This document shows, piece by piece, positions 22,940 through 34,410 of a stretch of 64,000 bases of DNA. The notes under the pieces are model-generated. The model made no database searches. It was not told the origin of the DNA and saw only the letters and a program-made list of their open reading frames with translations. This DNA comes from Octopus sinensis (Eukaryota), in contig NC_042997.1 of the NCBI RefSeq assembly GCF_006345805.1, positions 143,778,001 through 143,842,000 of the forward strand, in the 5' to 3' direction. Numbering within the stretch: the stretch's first letter is position 1; each line of letters begins with the position of its first letter. The translations under genes were made by a program, and so were the position numbers.

Positions 22940-23700
22940 GGCGGCGAGCTGGCAGAAACGTTAGCACACCGGGCGAATTGCTTAGCGGTAAGTCGTCCGC
23001 CGTTACATACTGAGTTCAAATTCCGCTGAGGTCGACTTTGCCTTTCATCCTTTCGGGGTCTGTTAAATAAGTACCAGTTACGCACTGGGGTCGATATAAT
23101 CGACTTAATCCGTTTGTCTGTCCTTGTTTGTCATCTCTGTGTTTAGCCCCTTGTGGGTAGTAAAGTAATAGGTATTTCGTCTGCCGCTACGTTCTGAGTT
23201 CAAATTCCGCCGAGGTCGACTTTGCCTTTCATCCTTTCGGGGTCGATTAAATAAGTACCAATTACACACTGGGGTCGATATAATCGACTTAATCCGTTTG
23301 TCTGTCCTTGTTTGTCCCTTCTGTGTTTAGTCCCTTGTAGGTAGTAAAGAAATAGGTATTTCGTCTGCCGCTACGTTCTGAGTTCAAATTCCACCGAGGT
23401 CGACTTTGCCTTTCATCCTTTTGGGGTCTGTTAAATAAGTACCAGTTACGCACTGGGGACGATATAATCGACTTAATCCCTTTTGTCTGTCCTTGTTCGT
23501 CCCTTCTGAGTTTAGCCCCTTGTGGGTAGTAAAGAAATAGGTATTTTGTCTGTCTTTACGTTCTGTGTTCAAATTCCGCCGACTTTGCCTTTCATCCTTT
23601 CGGGATCGATAAATTAAGAACCAGTTGCGTACTGGGGTCGATCTAATCGACTGGCTCCACCTCCCCCCAAAATTCGGGCCTTGTATCAAGAGTAGAAAAG
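22940..23700 (+). mobile_element. SINE family A, tetrameric (~184-bp internal unit x4)
   Basis: One head, then four GTTCAAATTCC...CCTTTCATCC units. Confidence 0.92.
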
Positions 23701-24167
23701 AATATTTCTAGTAATATTAATCAATCGCCATTTGAGGTGACTTTTGAGTAAATGTAAGAGCGAAAAATAATCACTAAAATTGTTGCAGTTTGAGCATCGC
23801 TATTCATTATCATGCTGCATTGCAGTTGGCAACATCCTCTTTCTCCTCCTCATCATCATCATTACCATCAACAACTGTAAAATAAACGATAATAACAACA
23901 AACACTAGAAACCTCATCGGATAATTAATTAACAACCAAAATTAATTGCTCTTTTATGATGTTCTTAAAACAGTCAATCAGATTAATTTGATACGGTTAT
24001 CCTGCCTATCTCAGAGGTCTTTCCCCTATGAGCCATGAACCCCTGCTTATATTGTTTGAAGTGATTTTCAGAAGTCCATTACTTGTTGTCATTGCCCAAT
24101 TAATGGCACGCATTTCCCCCTATAAGCTCTGAGAACTTTCAAAATTATTGCTAATTATCATTTTAAA

Positions 24168-24398
24168 GGCGGCGAGCTGGCAGAAACGTTAGCACGCCGG
24201 GCGAAATGCTTAGCGGCATTTCGTCTGTCGTTACGTTCTGAGTTCATATTCCGCCGAGGTCGACTTTGCCTTTCATCCTAACGGGGTCGATTAAATAAGT
24301 ACCAGTTACACACTGGGGTCGATATAATCGACTTAACCCGTTTGTCTGAACTTTTTTGCCCCCTCTATGTTTAGCCCCTTGTGGGCAATAAAGAAATA
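24168..24398 (+). mobile_element. SINE family A
   Basis: TSD CTAATTAT(C/T)ATTTTA on both sides. Confidence 0.92.
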
Positions 24399-24550
24399 AC
24401 TAATTATTATTTTACGTTATAATTGTGAATACTGTAATAATAGTTTCAAATTTTAGCAGAAGGTCAGAAATATTATCTGATTTCGAGTACCAAAGTTACA
24501 GATCTTAAAAGAAAAGAAAAAAGCGAACAAATACGCGTTACCGTGATACT

Positions 24551-24669
24551 AGGCTCGGGAGTGATTCGAACACTCGACCTCGGCGAAATATGAACTCAGA
24601 ACATAAAGACAAACGAAACGCCGCTAAGCATTTTCCCCGGAGTCCTGACGATTCTGCCAGCTCGCCGTT
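24551..24669 (-). pseudogene. Chimera: SINE A head fused to the tRNA-Thr 3' half
   Basis: Junction in the shared 8-mer GAGGTCGA (24574-24581); downstream flank homologous to that of the 22794 gene. Confidence 0.85.
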
Positions 24670-24689
24670 TTATGGTTATTGCAAAAATG

Positions 24690-25085
24690 ATTTCTACTTG
24701 AGATACAAGGACCGAAATTTTGGGGGAGGGAACTAATCGATCACATCGATCCCAGTGATCAACTGGTACTTATTTTAAAGACCCGAAAAGAGATGAAATT
24801 TAAAGTCGACTTCAGCGGCATTTGAACTCAGAACATATAGATGGACGAAATACCTATTTCTTTACTACTTACAAGGGGCTAAACACTGAGAGGACAAACA
24901 AGGACAGACAAACGGATTAAGTAGATTATATCAACCCCAGTGCGTAACTGGTACTTATTTAATCGACCCCAAAAGGATGAAAGGCAAAGTCGACCTCGGT
25001 GGAATTTGAACGCAGAGCGTAGCAGCAGACGAAATACCGCTAAGCATTTTTCTCGGTGTGCTGACGATTTTGCCAGCTTGCCGCA
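24690..25085 (-). mobile_element. SINE family A, dimeric
   Basis: Reverse-strand head plus two units. Confidence 0.88.
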
Positions 25086-25407
25086 TTATGGATACCGTAT
25101 GAAAAGTTTCATTACGTCAGAGAAGTTACATTCATAGATCAGCGAATAGGAGGACACGAACACCAGAAGACCAATCTCATAAACATGGGGTCGAATGTAG
25201 GATTGTATCCCTGTGGATCCTAATTTCACTGGGATAGAATTTTCAATGTATGACGTGATTATTTTGTTCGTAGAAGACATTCTTTAGTATCAGCCATAAA
25301 ACCACAGCTCTTATAGCTTAATGTATAAGAACAGCGTCAGAGCTTTTGAGCAAATGTCCTTTTCTTTAGCCATATCTTGTGAATACCTTATGAATGAGAC
25401 TCTATAG

Positions 25408-25717
25408 CAGTAGTTCCCAAACTTTTTTCAGGCTGCTACCACCTTGGTTCTAAGGCCACATTCCTAGTGCCCCCACCTCTCACCATCACAGACACAGACC
25501 ATTTTCTGCAGCAAATTCAAAACAACAGTATTTAGCAAATAAAATTTAACCTAATTAACCATTTATTTTGTTTGGTTTTATTTTTACATCCATTGCCTCG
25601 TTTTGGTCACCCCATTACCACCCAATTTTTCTTCAACCGCTCCCCCTTAGATCTTCAACGCCCCTTGGATCTTTCCATCGGCCCCAGGGGCGGTACCGCC
25701 CACTTTGGGAACCAGTG
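25408..25717. mobile_element. hAT-type MITE
   Basis: TIRs CAGTAGTTCCCAAA / TTTGGGAACCAGTG; 8-bp TSD CTCTATAG / TTCTATAG. Confidence 0.88.
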
Positions 25718-25801
25718 TTCTATAGAAATTCGTTGGGTGGATTGTACCATTAACTGAAAACATACAATTTTGTCCCACACTGTGTCATGCTGATTTTGAA
25801 T

Positions 25802-26122
25802 GCGCGTGGCTTAGAGGTTAGAGTATTCGGCTCAGGATCGTAAGGTCGTTGAGTTCGATACCTGGTGGTACGTTGGGACCTTGAGCCAGACAATTTATTT
25901 CACGTTGCTCCAGTGCGGTCAACTGGCAAAAAGTGAATAGTACTTGTATTTCAAAGAGCCAGTCTTGTCACTTTCTGGGTCACGCTGAATCTCCCTGAGA
26001 ACTACATTAAAGGTATGTATATTTGTGGAGTACTCAGCCACTTTCATGTTAATTTACCGAGCAGGCTGTTCCGTTGATCCGAACCACTGGAATCCTCATT
26101 GTCATAACCGACGGAGAGCCAG
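25802..26122 (+). mobile_element. SINE family C
   Basis: GCGCGTGGCTTAG...GAGTTCGATACC head and TTTCACGTTGCTCCAGT body shared with 44374, 45262 and 57311. Confidence 0.85.
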
Positions 26123-26698
26123 TCACGCTGGTTCTACTTGAAAATTAGGTTAAGGGTAGACGATTTTTCATGGGTAGCCATAGACCAAGTCGATCTTCAT
26201 TCGGATGACATAACTTACAGTCAAAAGTATTCCAACCTTAAATACATCTTCCAATTTAAGATGCAGTGTATTTACGATTCCATAATGCAAACTGTTCTTT
26301 CCTTTTCTACGTAACACGATAGTATACGAGCGAAATTTGGCTGCTGTTTATAACGGGACCAGTAGATATTCCATCCTTAGTTCGTTGTTGTAGCTGATGT
26401 CCATATTAGTGTTATTCGTGATAGCGTTGTAATCTCTGAGACGATAAATCATAATAGAGAAGACATTACATCTATTATTGAACCAAGAGTTACTCTCATA
26501 TATCTGTCTTGTAATTTCAAGAGTAACACAAACGTCGCAGCGAGAGTGTTTATTAAACTGATATCAGTAAGAATACTGGAAAAAGTGTAACACCGATAAA
26601 CGTCACTAAATTTGTATAGTTCGAACATTATCATTCATTATCATGTTTCATTGTAGTTTGAAGCATCATAAGAATAATTTATGTTCTTCGTCGCTTGT

Positions 26699-26772
26699 GG
26701 CTCCGTAACTGAGTTCGTTAGAGCGTCAGTTTAGTAAACTGGAGGTCGAGTGTTCGAATCTCTCCAGAGCCT
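26699..26772 (+). pseudogene. tRNA-Thr(AGT) probable young pseudogene
   Basis: 74 nt, but G10A, C13G, G18C, C27U, C32U and G67A damage the D stem, A box and acceptor stem. Confidence 0.85.
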
Positions 26773-27571
26773 AATAATACTGAGGTTCTTTTGCTTTTTC
26801 AGCTTTTGTACAGTCATATTATTTCTGATAGACATACAAGTTCAAATAATTATTATTTATAGTAATATTAATCAATCATGCCATTCTCTCTTTTTTGTGT
26901 TCCGCATTCAAATTCATAGAAGTTACAATTGAATTCTTACGTTTTCAACTACGTCACAGCCGGACTTGCTAGAATCAAGCAGTGAAATCTATTTCAATAA
27001 TCTCAATATAGTGTTTAAAATGTGAAAAATAGATGAGGTGGTTTAGATAGAACATCTGAGGACATTTGTACTAGTTATTAAAATAAGAAATGTTATATCT
27101 CATTTATTAAGTACCAATATGATCATTACCTCGTCATCAAATGGAATCTCGTACGTTACGAAAATATGAAAAGCATAATGTATCACCATTTCTATTACCC
27201 TCATTGAGGTCACACATCTGGCAATGTTTGACGATTTTAGAGATGGGTGTAGGTTGCCGTCAGCAGATTTTAAACTTTGCTTTTCAGAAATTATAACCCT
27301 GTTATTGGCAACCATGAAATAATTATGAGTAATTGAGGTGAAAATGTGGCAACTTTTATGTATTTTATAATTGGTTAATCAAAGTAAATGAAGCTGTGAA
27401 GGTTTTATTGTTTTAGGTACAAAAAGTGAGGAATATCATTAGAAATATAATTTGTCGTGGCTGGCAACAGGCGCCAATTTGCGGACAAGGAATGGTATCT
27501 GATTCGTATCTGTTTTATCGATCCTAAAAGTATAAAAGAGAATGCTGACTTCGCTGGGAATAGGCCTCAGC

Positions 27572-27836
27572 TATCCTCCTCCTCTTCTTCCTCTTCCTCA
27601 TTTCCCTCTTCTACTCCTCTCTCTCCTCTTCATCATCATTCTTCCATACTACGACTACCACGACCACAAACACGTCGACGACCACGACGACCACGACGAC
27701 CACGACGACCACTGCCACAATCACCACCAGCATCAGCATCACCTGTACCAGCAGCACCAGTATCACTTGCAGCAGCACCACCACCAGCAGCAGTATCACC
27801 ACCACCACCACCATTATCCTCATCAACAAGAATAAC
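27572..27836. repeat. Compound trinucleotide tract (TCC/CAT/GAC/CAC/CAG)
   Basis: Read directly; explains the low-complexity ORFs on both strands. Confidence 0.9.
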
Positions 27837-28261
27837 AAGGAAAAAAAGCAACTTGAAATTAACAACAGCTATATGAAGACACTAGAAACTTCTTCGGGGG
27901 ACAATGATTATTGATTAACTACCAAAATCAATTGTTCTTTTATGATTGACGATGTTCTTAAACCGATCAATCTATTTGCAATTCGAGTGAATTTGATATG
28001 GTTATCCAGTCCATCTCAATGGTCCTTCCTCATGAACAATGAACCTACTACTTACATTGTATGATGTAATTGTTCAGTTCCTGATACGTGTCTTTTTCTA
28101 TCAACCATAAACTCACTGTCCTTATTGATGATGTAATTATTCTCTCCATGCCGCTGGTCTTTCCGTATCATGATTGCCGTAATTATCTAATGTAATTTCC
28201 CAGTTCATGGTATGCGTATATCATTTCGAGACTCGCAATAAAGAAGACGTTGTAACTTATT

Positions 28262-28965
28262 GGTTTCAAATTTTGGCACAAAGCCAGCAGTTTCGAGGCT
28301 CAACTGGTACCTTTTTTTATCGACGCCGAAAGGAATGAAAGGTGAAGTCGACCTCGGAGGAATTTGAACTCAAAACGTAAGGACGGAGGAAATGTTGCTA
28401 AGCTTTCGCCTGGCATATTAACGATTTTGCCAGCTCACTGCCTTCGTTATATCTCATATTTTTTTCTACTCAAGGTACAAGGCTCGAAATTTATGGGGAG
28501 GGAGCCAGTCGACTAGATCGACTCCAGTGCGCAATTGGTACTTAATTTATCGACCCTGAAAGGATGAAAGGCAAAATCGACCTCGGTGGAATTTGAACTC
28601 AGAACGTAAAGACAGACGAAATGCCTATTTCTATTTCTTTACTACCCACAAGGGGCTAAACATAGAGGGGACAAACAAGGACAGACAAACGGATTAAGTC
28701 GATTATATCGATCCCAGTGCGTAACTAGTACTTATTTAATCGACCCCGAAAGGATGAACGGCAAAGTCGACCTCGGCAGAACGTAATGGCAGACGAAATA
28801 CGGCTACGCATTTCGCCCGGCGTGCTAACGTTTCTGCCAGCTCGCCGCCTTTTTTTTAGGCAAAGTTGACATAGGCGGAATTCGAACTCAGAAGGTAGAG
28901 ACGGGTGAAATACCGCTAAGCATTTTTGTCCGGAGTGCTAACGATTATGCCAGCTTGCCGCTTTC
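28262..28965 (-). mobile_element. Stack of SINE family A copies
   Basis: Three heads in reverse orientation; TTCGTTATATCT(C/T)ATATT repeated at about 28443 and 28963. Confidence 0.85.
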
Positions 28966-29199
28966 GTTATATCTTATATTGAATCAGGAAAGTCACTCAC
29001 ATATCTTACCTTTAATCTCTACAGTAATCAGACGTTGTTGTTAGTTTTTTAAAGTGACTCGACTTAAAATAACAAGATATCACCATAGCAACAATAAACA
29101 TTATTATAATTACTGTCTACTATTTGGAGTCTTATAATAGTGTAATATTTTATGTAACAATTGATTAAATCATCATAATTTTTCAGCTCTTCACTGTGT

Positions 29200-29274
29200 G
29201 TTTCTATAGATCAGTTGACTGGAGTGTCCAGTCTAATAAACTACAAGTTGTGCATTCGATCAGTTATTGAGTTT
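29200..29274 (+). pseudogene. Heavily decayed tRNA-Thr copy
   Basis: TAGATCAGTTGACTGGAGTGTCCAGTCTAATAAACT...TTCGA; homologous upstream flank at 28970-29190. Confidence 0.6.
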
Positions 29275-30399
29275 AATACCATGGTTAAAGCTATCTTTAA
29301 AAATATGTTTTAGTCAGCCTGTTTTTTAAACAAAATTAATTGGTTTACTATTAGATGTTCGAAATCCAGAACGCAAGTATTATATAATACTCAGTTCTAG
29401 AATCTTATTTTTTTTCGGAAAATCAACGGCTTAAAAGGATAAAGACATACTGTTTCAACAAAAAATGGAAAGAACAATCTTTGTTCGTAATGATTAAAGA
29501 GGAATGCACGCGTTTAATTTGCCACACAAAAGCAACGGATTTATTTTTTTAGAACGTTGATTTCTTCAATTTTTGCTGCTTCTATCAGAGTGTTTCAGAT
29601 ATCGCGTATAATTGCGAAACATAAAAGTAAAATTGTAAGGTAAAAGAGCAACAAAAAATAAAAACAAAATCACAGAACAAAAACAATTTGAAGATAGTAG
29701 AACATTGAGTGAATCTTTTTTGGAAGCTAGTAATTCGATATTTGCAAATTTTAGAAACAAAACAGATACAGTAAATGCAAAAAGTGAGTCACAGTTATGA
29801 AGTAAAACCGTGACTAAAAAGATTGCAACCGCCTCTGATGATATTACTAAAGTATTTATTCTATGTAACGCAATTTCGGCGAATAGACATTTCTCGTTGC
29901 AAATAGATGAGTCAGCAGATAATAATGGTTTCAAAATTTGGTACAAGACCAGCAATTTAGGGGATGGGGATTACTCGATTACTAAGACCCCAGAAATCAG
30001 CTAATATTTATTTTATCGACCACGAAATGATGAAAGGCAAAGCGTACATCAGCGGAATTTGAACTCAGAACGTAAATACGGACGAAATGCTGCTAAGCAT
30101 TTTGCCAGCGTGCTAACGGTTTTGCCAGGTCGCCGCCCTGATTCAGCAGATAATATTGGTAACAAATTTTAGCAAAAGGCCAGTAATTTCGGAGAAGGGG
30201 ATTAGTCGGACACATCGACCCTCAATGCTATGCTGGTACTTATTTTATCGACTACGAAAAGCTGAAGTCGACATCTGCAGAATTTGAATTCAGAATATAA
30301 AAACAGATGAACTACTACTAAGCAGTTTTGCCTGATTTGCTAACGATTCTGTCACTTTGTAGATGATATACATAACACAAATGTGTATTTATATTTGAA

Positions 30400-30671
30400 C
30401 TAGCTGGCCCCCGCGCCGTCAAAAATGACGGCTAATGGTAGTATTTTATATACAAATAAGGACCAAAAAAATAGAATATGGTAATTGAAATTAATACACT
30501 ACTTCTCAATGCTATCTAGAGGTTGTATTTTGAGATGTGACATCGATTCATACAAACATTTACATACTTCCCTTGTACACGCACACACATACACACATAT
30601 ACTCACACAGAGTTGAAACACTGTTTGATTTTTCTTTTCAGCGTTGAATGTTTACCATCCCACAACCATTG

Positions 30672-30702
<31 letters not shown>

Positions 30703-30879
30703 TTTCACATACCTTCCTTTTACATACACACACATATACTCACACGAAGTTGAAACACTGATTTGTTTTTTCACCGTAGAATTACCATCACCCCTTTCCT
30801 TCCTTATTCATCTATCATCCCTTCCTTCCTCATTCATATGTTGTAACGGAGAAATACACAAGAGTATTATTATAGTAGA
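30400..30879 (-). mobile_element. Non-autonomous Helitron, second family
   Basis: A|TCTACTATAA 5' end, GCCGTCA-AAAA-TGACGGC hairpin at 30415-30432, CTAG|T 3' end; removing it restores the hAT frame. Confidence 0.85.
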
Positions 30880-31600
30880 TGGTGTTTGATAATTACATTG
30901 CTAACGAAGATTTGTTACACATGTTGCCACTACAAGGTGAGACTAAGAGAAATGTCTGATATTAAATAAAGTGTTACACATGCTATGCAAGTTAGCGACT
31001 CCAGTTCTCTGGAGCTACTAGGTTTGATGTTTCTATCTATAATATGAATTGGACATGGGCGATCGTTGTATTCTTTCTTGTTTTGTGATTCACAGCCAAA
31101 CGGCTGGGTGGATTCGCTTAAAAATGGCACACGTATGGAGACGGGTGCATAGATAGGAATACGATTTGTATTTTTTTCATAGCCCCGATAGTTACCAAGA
31201 AAAATCGATGAAAACTTTTCTAATGGAATTCCCCTGTTTGTTACGCCATGAAAACAACCAGTTGCTCACACAGCCGGCATATACTATTTCGCTAGCAACA
31301 AGAGAGTCTGCCAAAACTTTCACTATGCTGTCTCTCTTCTTTCACCTCTTTGTGGGATTAATAATCTTAATCTTTACTTACAGTTTCTCACTCAACCTAC
31401 ATAATAGGCAGAATTGTTCGATTAAGATAGTAGGGCGTTTTGAGGGAGATTTGGCTGCTATTTCTACCAGGTCTAGCTACCATGTAGAGGTTTGAACTTA
31501 ATATTCATTCACATATTTGCATTTTAAATTAATCTTTTCCTTAAATAAACTATCATCTATCTCTCTTTCTCACCCTCTTTCTCAAATACACACACGCAAG

Positions 31601-31647
<47 letters not shown>

Positions 31648-31674
31648 CCATTTCACATATATATCTTCTTTCAA

Positions 31675-31820
31675 TTTCCAGGAAGTCCCATCGTCAGAAC
31701 TTTCCAGAAAGTCCCAAGCCCTCGGAATTTCCCAGGAAGTCCCATTCCCGGAACTTTCCATGATATCCTCGGAACCTTCCAGGAAAGTCACATCCGCGGA
31801 ACGTTCCAGGATGTCCGAGA
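31675..31820. repeat. ~26-bp GC-rich minisatellite, about 6 degenerate units
   Basis: Recurring GGAACTTTCCAGGAAGTCCCA-like unit. Confidence 0.8.
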
Positions 31821-31821
31821 G

Positions 31822-32536
31822 CACTATACTCACAGCACAAGACCAAGCTTTGGCCACGAACTGAAGAGTCGACCATAAGAATGAGCGTCTTCGCTGTGCT
31901 GCATCTGTAACAGAGTGGCTGAAACCATTGCCCATATCACGACCGAATGCCCTAGACTTGCCCGAGACTAGTACAAGTTGTAGCGACACAATCAGGTAGC
32001 GAAAGTGCTTCACTGGAAACTGTGCGAAAAGTGGGGGCTAGAGAGAGGCAAGACGTAGTGTGAGCACAGATCGCAGAGACTGGAGACTAGCAAAATCCTC
32101 TGGGATTTCCCAATCCAAACAGATCAGGTACTAGAGCATAACAGACCGGACCTAGTGGCATTAGACAAGATGCACCACATGTACTATATAGTGAAGAAGG
32201 AAGACAAAAAAAAAATAAATAAATAAATACAACACTCTAATGTACGAAATAGCCCGGCTATGGTAAATGAAAAAGGAGGAGACAGTGCCAAGTATTATTG
32301 GGTCCTTGTGAACAGTATCAGAAGGCATCAAGGGGAATATAAAGGAAATTGGAACAGAGTGCCCAGGAGAACTGTTACAAAAGGTTTGCCTCATTGGCAC
32401 GGCCAGAATAATCAGAAAAGTATTAGATAGGTGAAAAGAAAGAATATAATGGTACTGGATGCAGGTAGCAAGCCCGCTACGCATGCAAGACTCCGGGAGC
32501 TCCAACAAAACCTGTGATAAAAAGAATATAATAATA

Positions 32537-32587
<51 letters not shown>

Positions 32588-32604
32588 TAATAATGATAAT
32601 AATA

Positions 32605-32650
<46 letters not shown>
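31822..32650 (+). mobile_element. 5'-truncated R4/Dong-like element with (TAA)n tail
   Basis: AQDQALATN, LHWKLCEK, KILWDFPIQTD..LEHNRPD and GTARIIRKVLDR* motifs; same family as 17311-17507. Confidence 0.9.
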
Positions 32651-33589
32651 CCTTCCTGCTAAAAGAAATTTTTTGGAAGGGGGCTAGTCGATTACACCGA
32701 CCCCAGTGTTTCATTGGTACTTAATTTATCGACTTCGAAAGGTTAAAAGGCAAAGTCGATCCCGGCGGAAATTGAATTCAGAACTTAAGAAATGCCGCTG
32801 AGAATTTTTCCCGGCGTGCTAACGATTCTACTAGGTAATAGTGCATGTGTTTATTACTGGTATAAGGCCCCACCCAATATACAACAGAAACAATTATCAT
32901 CATCATCATCAAAGTTTGGCATTTACATCGAAGTTTTAGGAATTCTAAAAACAGAATTCGATGTTTCACTTCCAAGATTTCAACCAGAACTAACAGAGGT
33001 AATTTTGCTTTTGCGTATTCGTTCAGCGAAACTGATGTAGGAGGAATTACTGCGAAGACAGCAGCAGCTATGATCAACTTAAATTCTATAGATGTAGGTA
33101 AGTTAATTAATGCTACAAAGCGATATGGAATTAAAACGAAGACACCTAGATTCCAACTTTCTGAAATTAGTTTCAGTTAAGAAATATTCAAATATTTAAA
33201 AAAACATAAAAGCTATAATTTATTTTTGAAGACATGTTTACCTTCCACTAAATTCTATTACATGAATATAATGAAATTTAAATCAAGACATGTTTTAACA
33301 AACGAACACCTAGAAAATTGTTTACCATCAATCGTTGTGAAATTATATACCATAATACAAATATTTAACTATTTGCACGTGATTGATTTCTTTGAATCCA
33401 TCATTTTCTTTTTTTCTTCTATTCTTTCGAATAAATACATTCAAAATAAATTATTGATGTATAATAGAGACACACTGCTGATTCCCAAACGGTTAATTAA
33501 AATGGTGGTAATTGACTATTAATGTCGGTTTCTTGAATTCATTATATTGAGTTTAAATTCTTCGATTCCTTTTTAACAAGAATAATTTT

Positions 33590-34410
33590 TATTTTGTTGC
33601 AACTCTCAAGGGTCATAACGCAGGTAATAAGCACACGCGCCGGTTTAGTTTCACTTTATCATCCGTCAATTTATTAGTTACTAGCAGTATCGCCCGGCGT
33701 TGCTCGGGTTTGTAAGGGAAATAACTATATAAGCATTTTTAGAGATGTAAAGTATAATAGCCATCTCAATATGGCTAACCACAAATGGGGGGGGGTGTTA
33801 CTGTAGCTTTTTACGTTCTGAGATTTAATAATACATTTTTAGAGAGTTACTTCCCTTATATATGCCAAAAATGCATTAAAAATGGGAAAAATTGATGGTA
33901 AATTTTTTTTTAATCGTAGACTCATCGTAGACGCGCGCTAATACCCAGAAGGGCTCGATATGAATCACGACTATAAGATACCCGGTTTTGGTTAAACTGC
34001 ACCGCAAAATGTGGGAGTAGTTAGGAATCTAAATCGTAGGAGACAGACAGCACACAACCTCTCTTTCATATATAAAGATTTAACCAAGTAACTAATCGAT
34101 TGCTTGCTTATTCAGTCAATTAATCAGTCAATCAGTTGTTTGTAAAAGTCCTTTCGTTGCCATTCGCGATCTCATTAATGACATACCTTTTCTACTCTAG
34201 TTCAGCTTTTAGATCTATCTCAGATTAGATGAGGTCGCGAATTGCGACGAAAGGATTTTGGCAAACAATTGGTTGATTAACCAAGTGATTAATCAAACAA
34301 TCGATTAGTTAGTTGTTTGAATAACTAATCAATTGACTAATAATAAAGAGAAATTGTATCAGTGCGTGTGTTTATAATTGCATAATGACCCTCCTGCGAT
34401 AGAACGAAAT
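33590..34410. repeat. Old degenerate foldback interrupted by a Helitron
   Basis: 34090-34175 pairs with 34228-34310; 33590-33650 pairs with 34360-34410. Confidence 0.7.
33681..34078 (-). mobile_element. Non-autonomous Helitron, same family as 13524
   Basis: A|TCTTTATATAT 5' end, CCCGAGCAACGCCGGG hairpin, CTAG|T 3' end. Confidence 0.88.

Larger units (their letters stand above)
29780..33340 (+). mobile_element. Fossil hAT (Charlie/SPIN/GTF2IRD2-like) transposase split by nested insertions
   Basis: Ordered motifs: SKTVTKKIATASDDI...FSLQIDESAD (29800-29920), TQMCIYI*MVFDNYIANEDLLHMLPLQGET (across the Helitron), CLLRHEN (~31235), LKTEFD (~32945), KSRHVLTNEHLENCL (~33280). Confidence 0.7.

Noticed and set aside
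22940-23700. Regular repeats resembling a CRISPR array
   Set aside because: Whole ~184-bp SINE units repeat with no unique spacers; eukaryotic context and no cas genes.
27457-27876. Pro/Arg-rich and His/Gln-rich ORFs as transcription-factor exons
   Set aside because: Several frames on both strands are open because of triplet repeats, and the paralogous spacer lacks the expansion.
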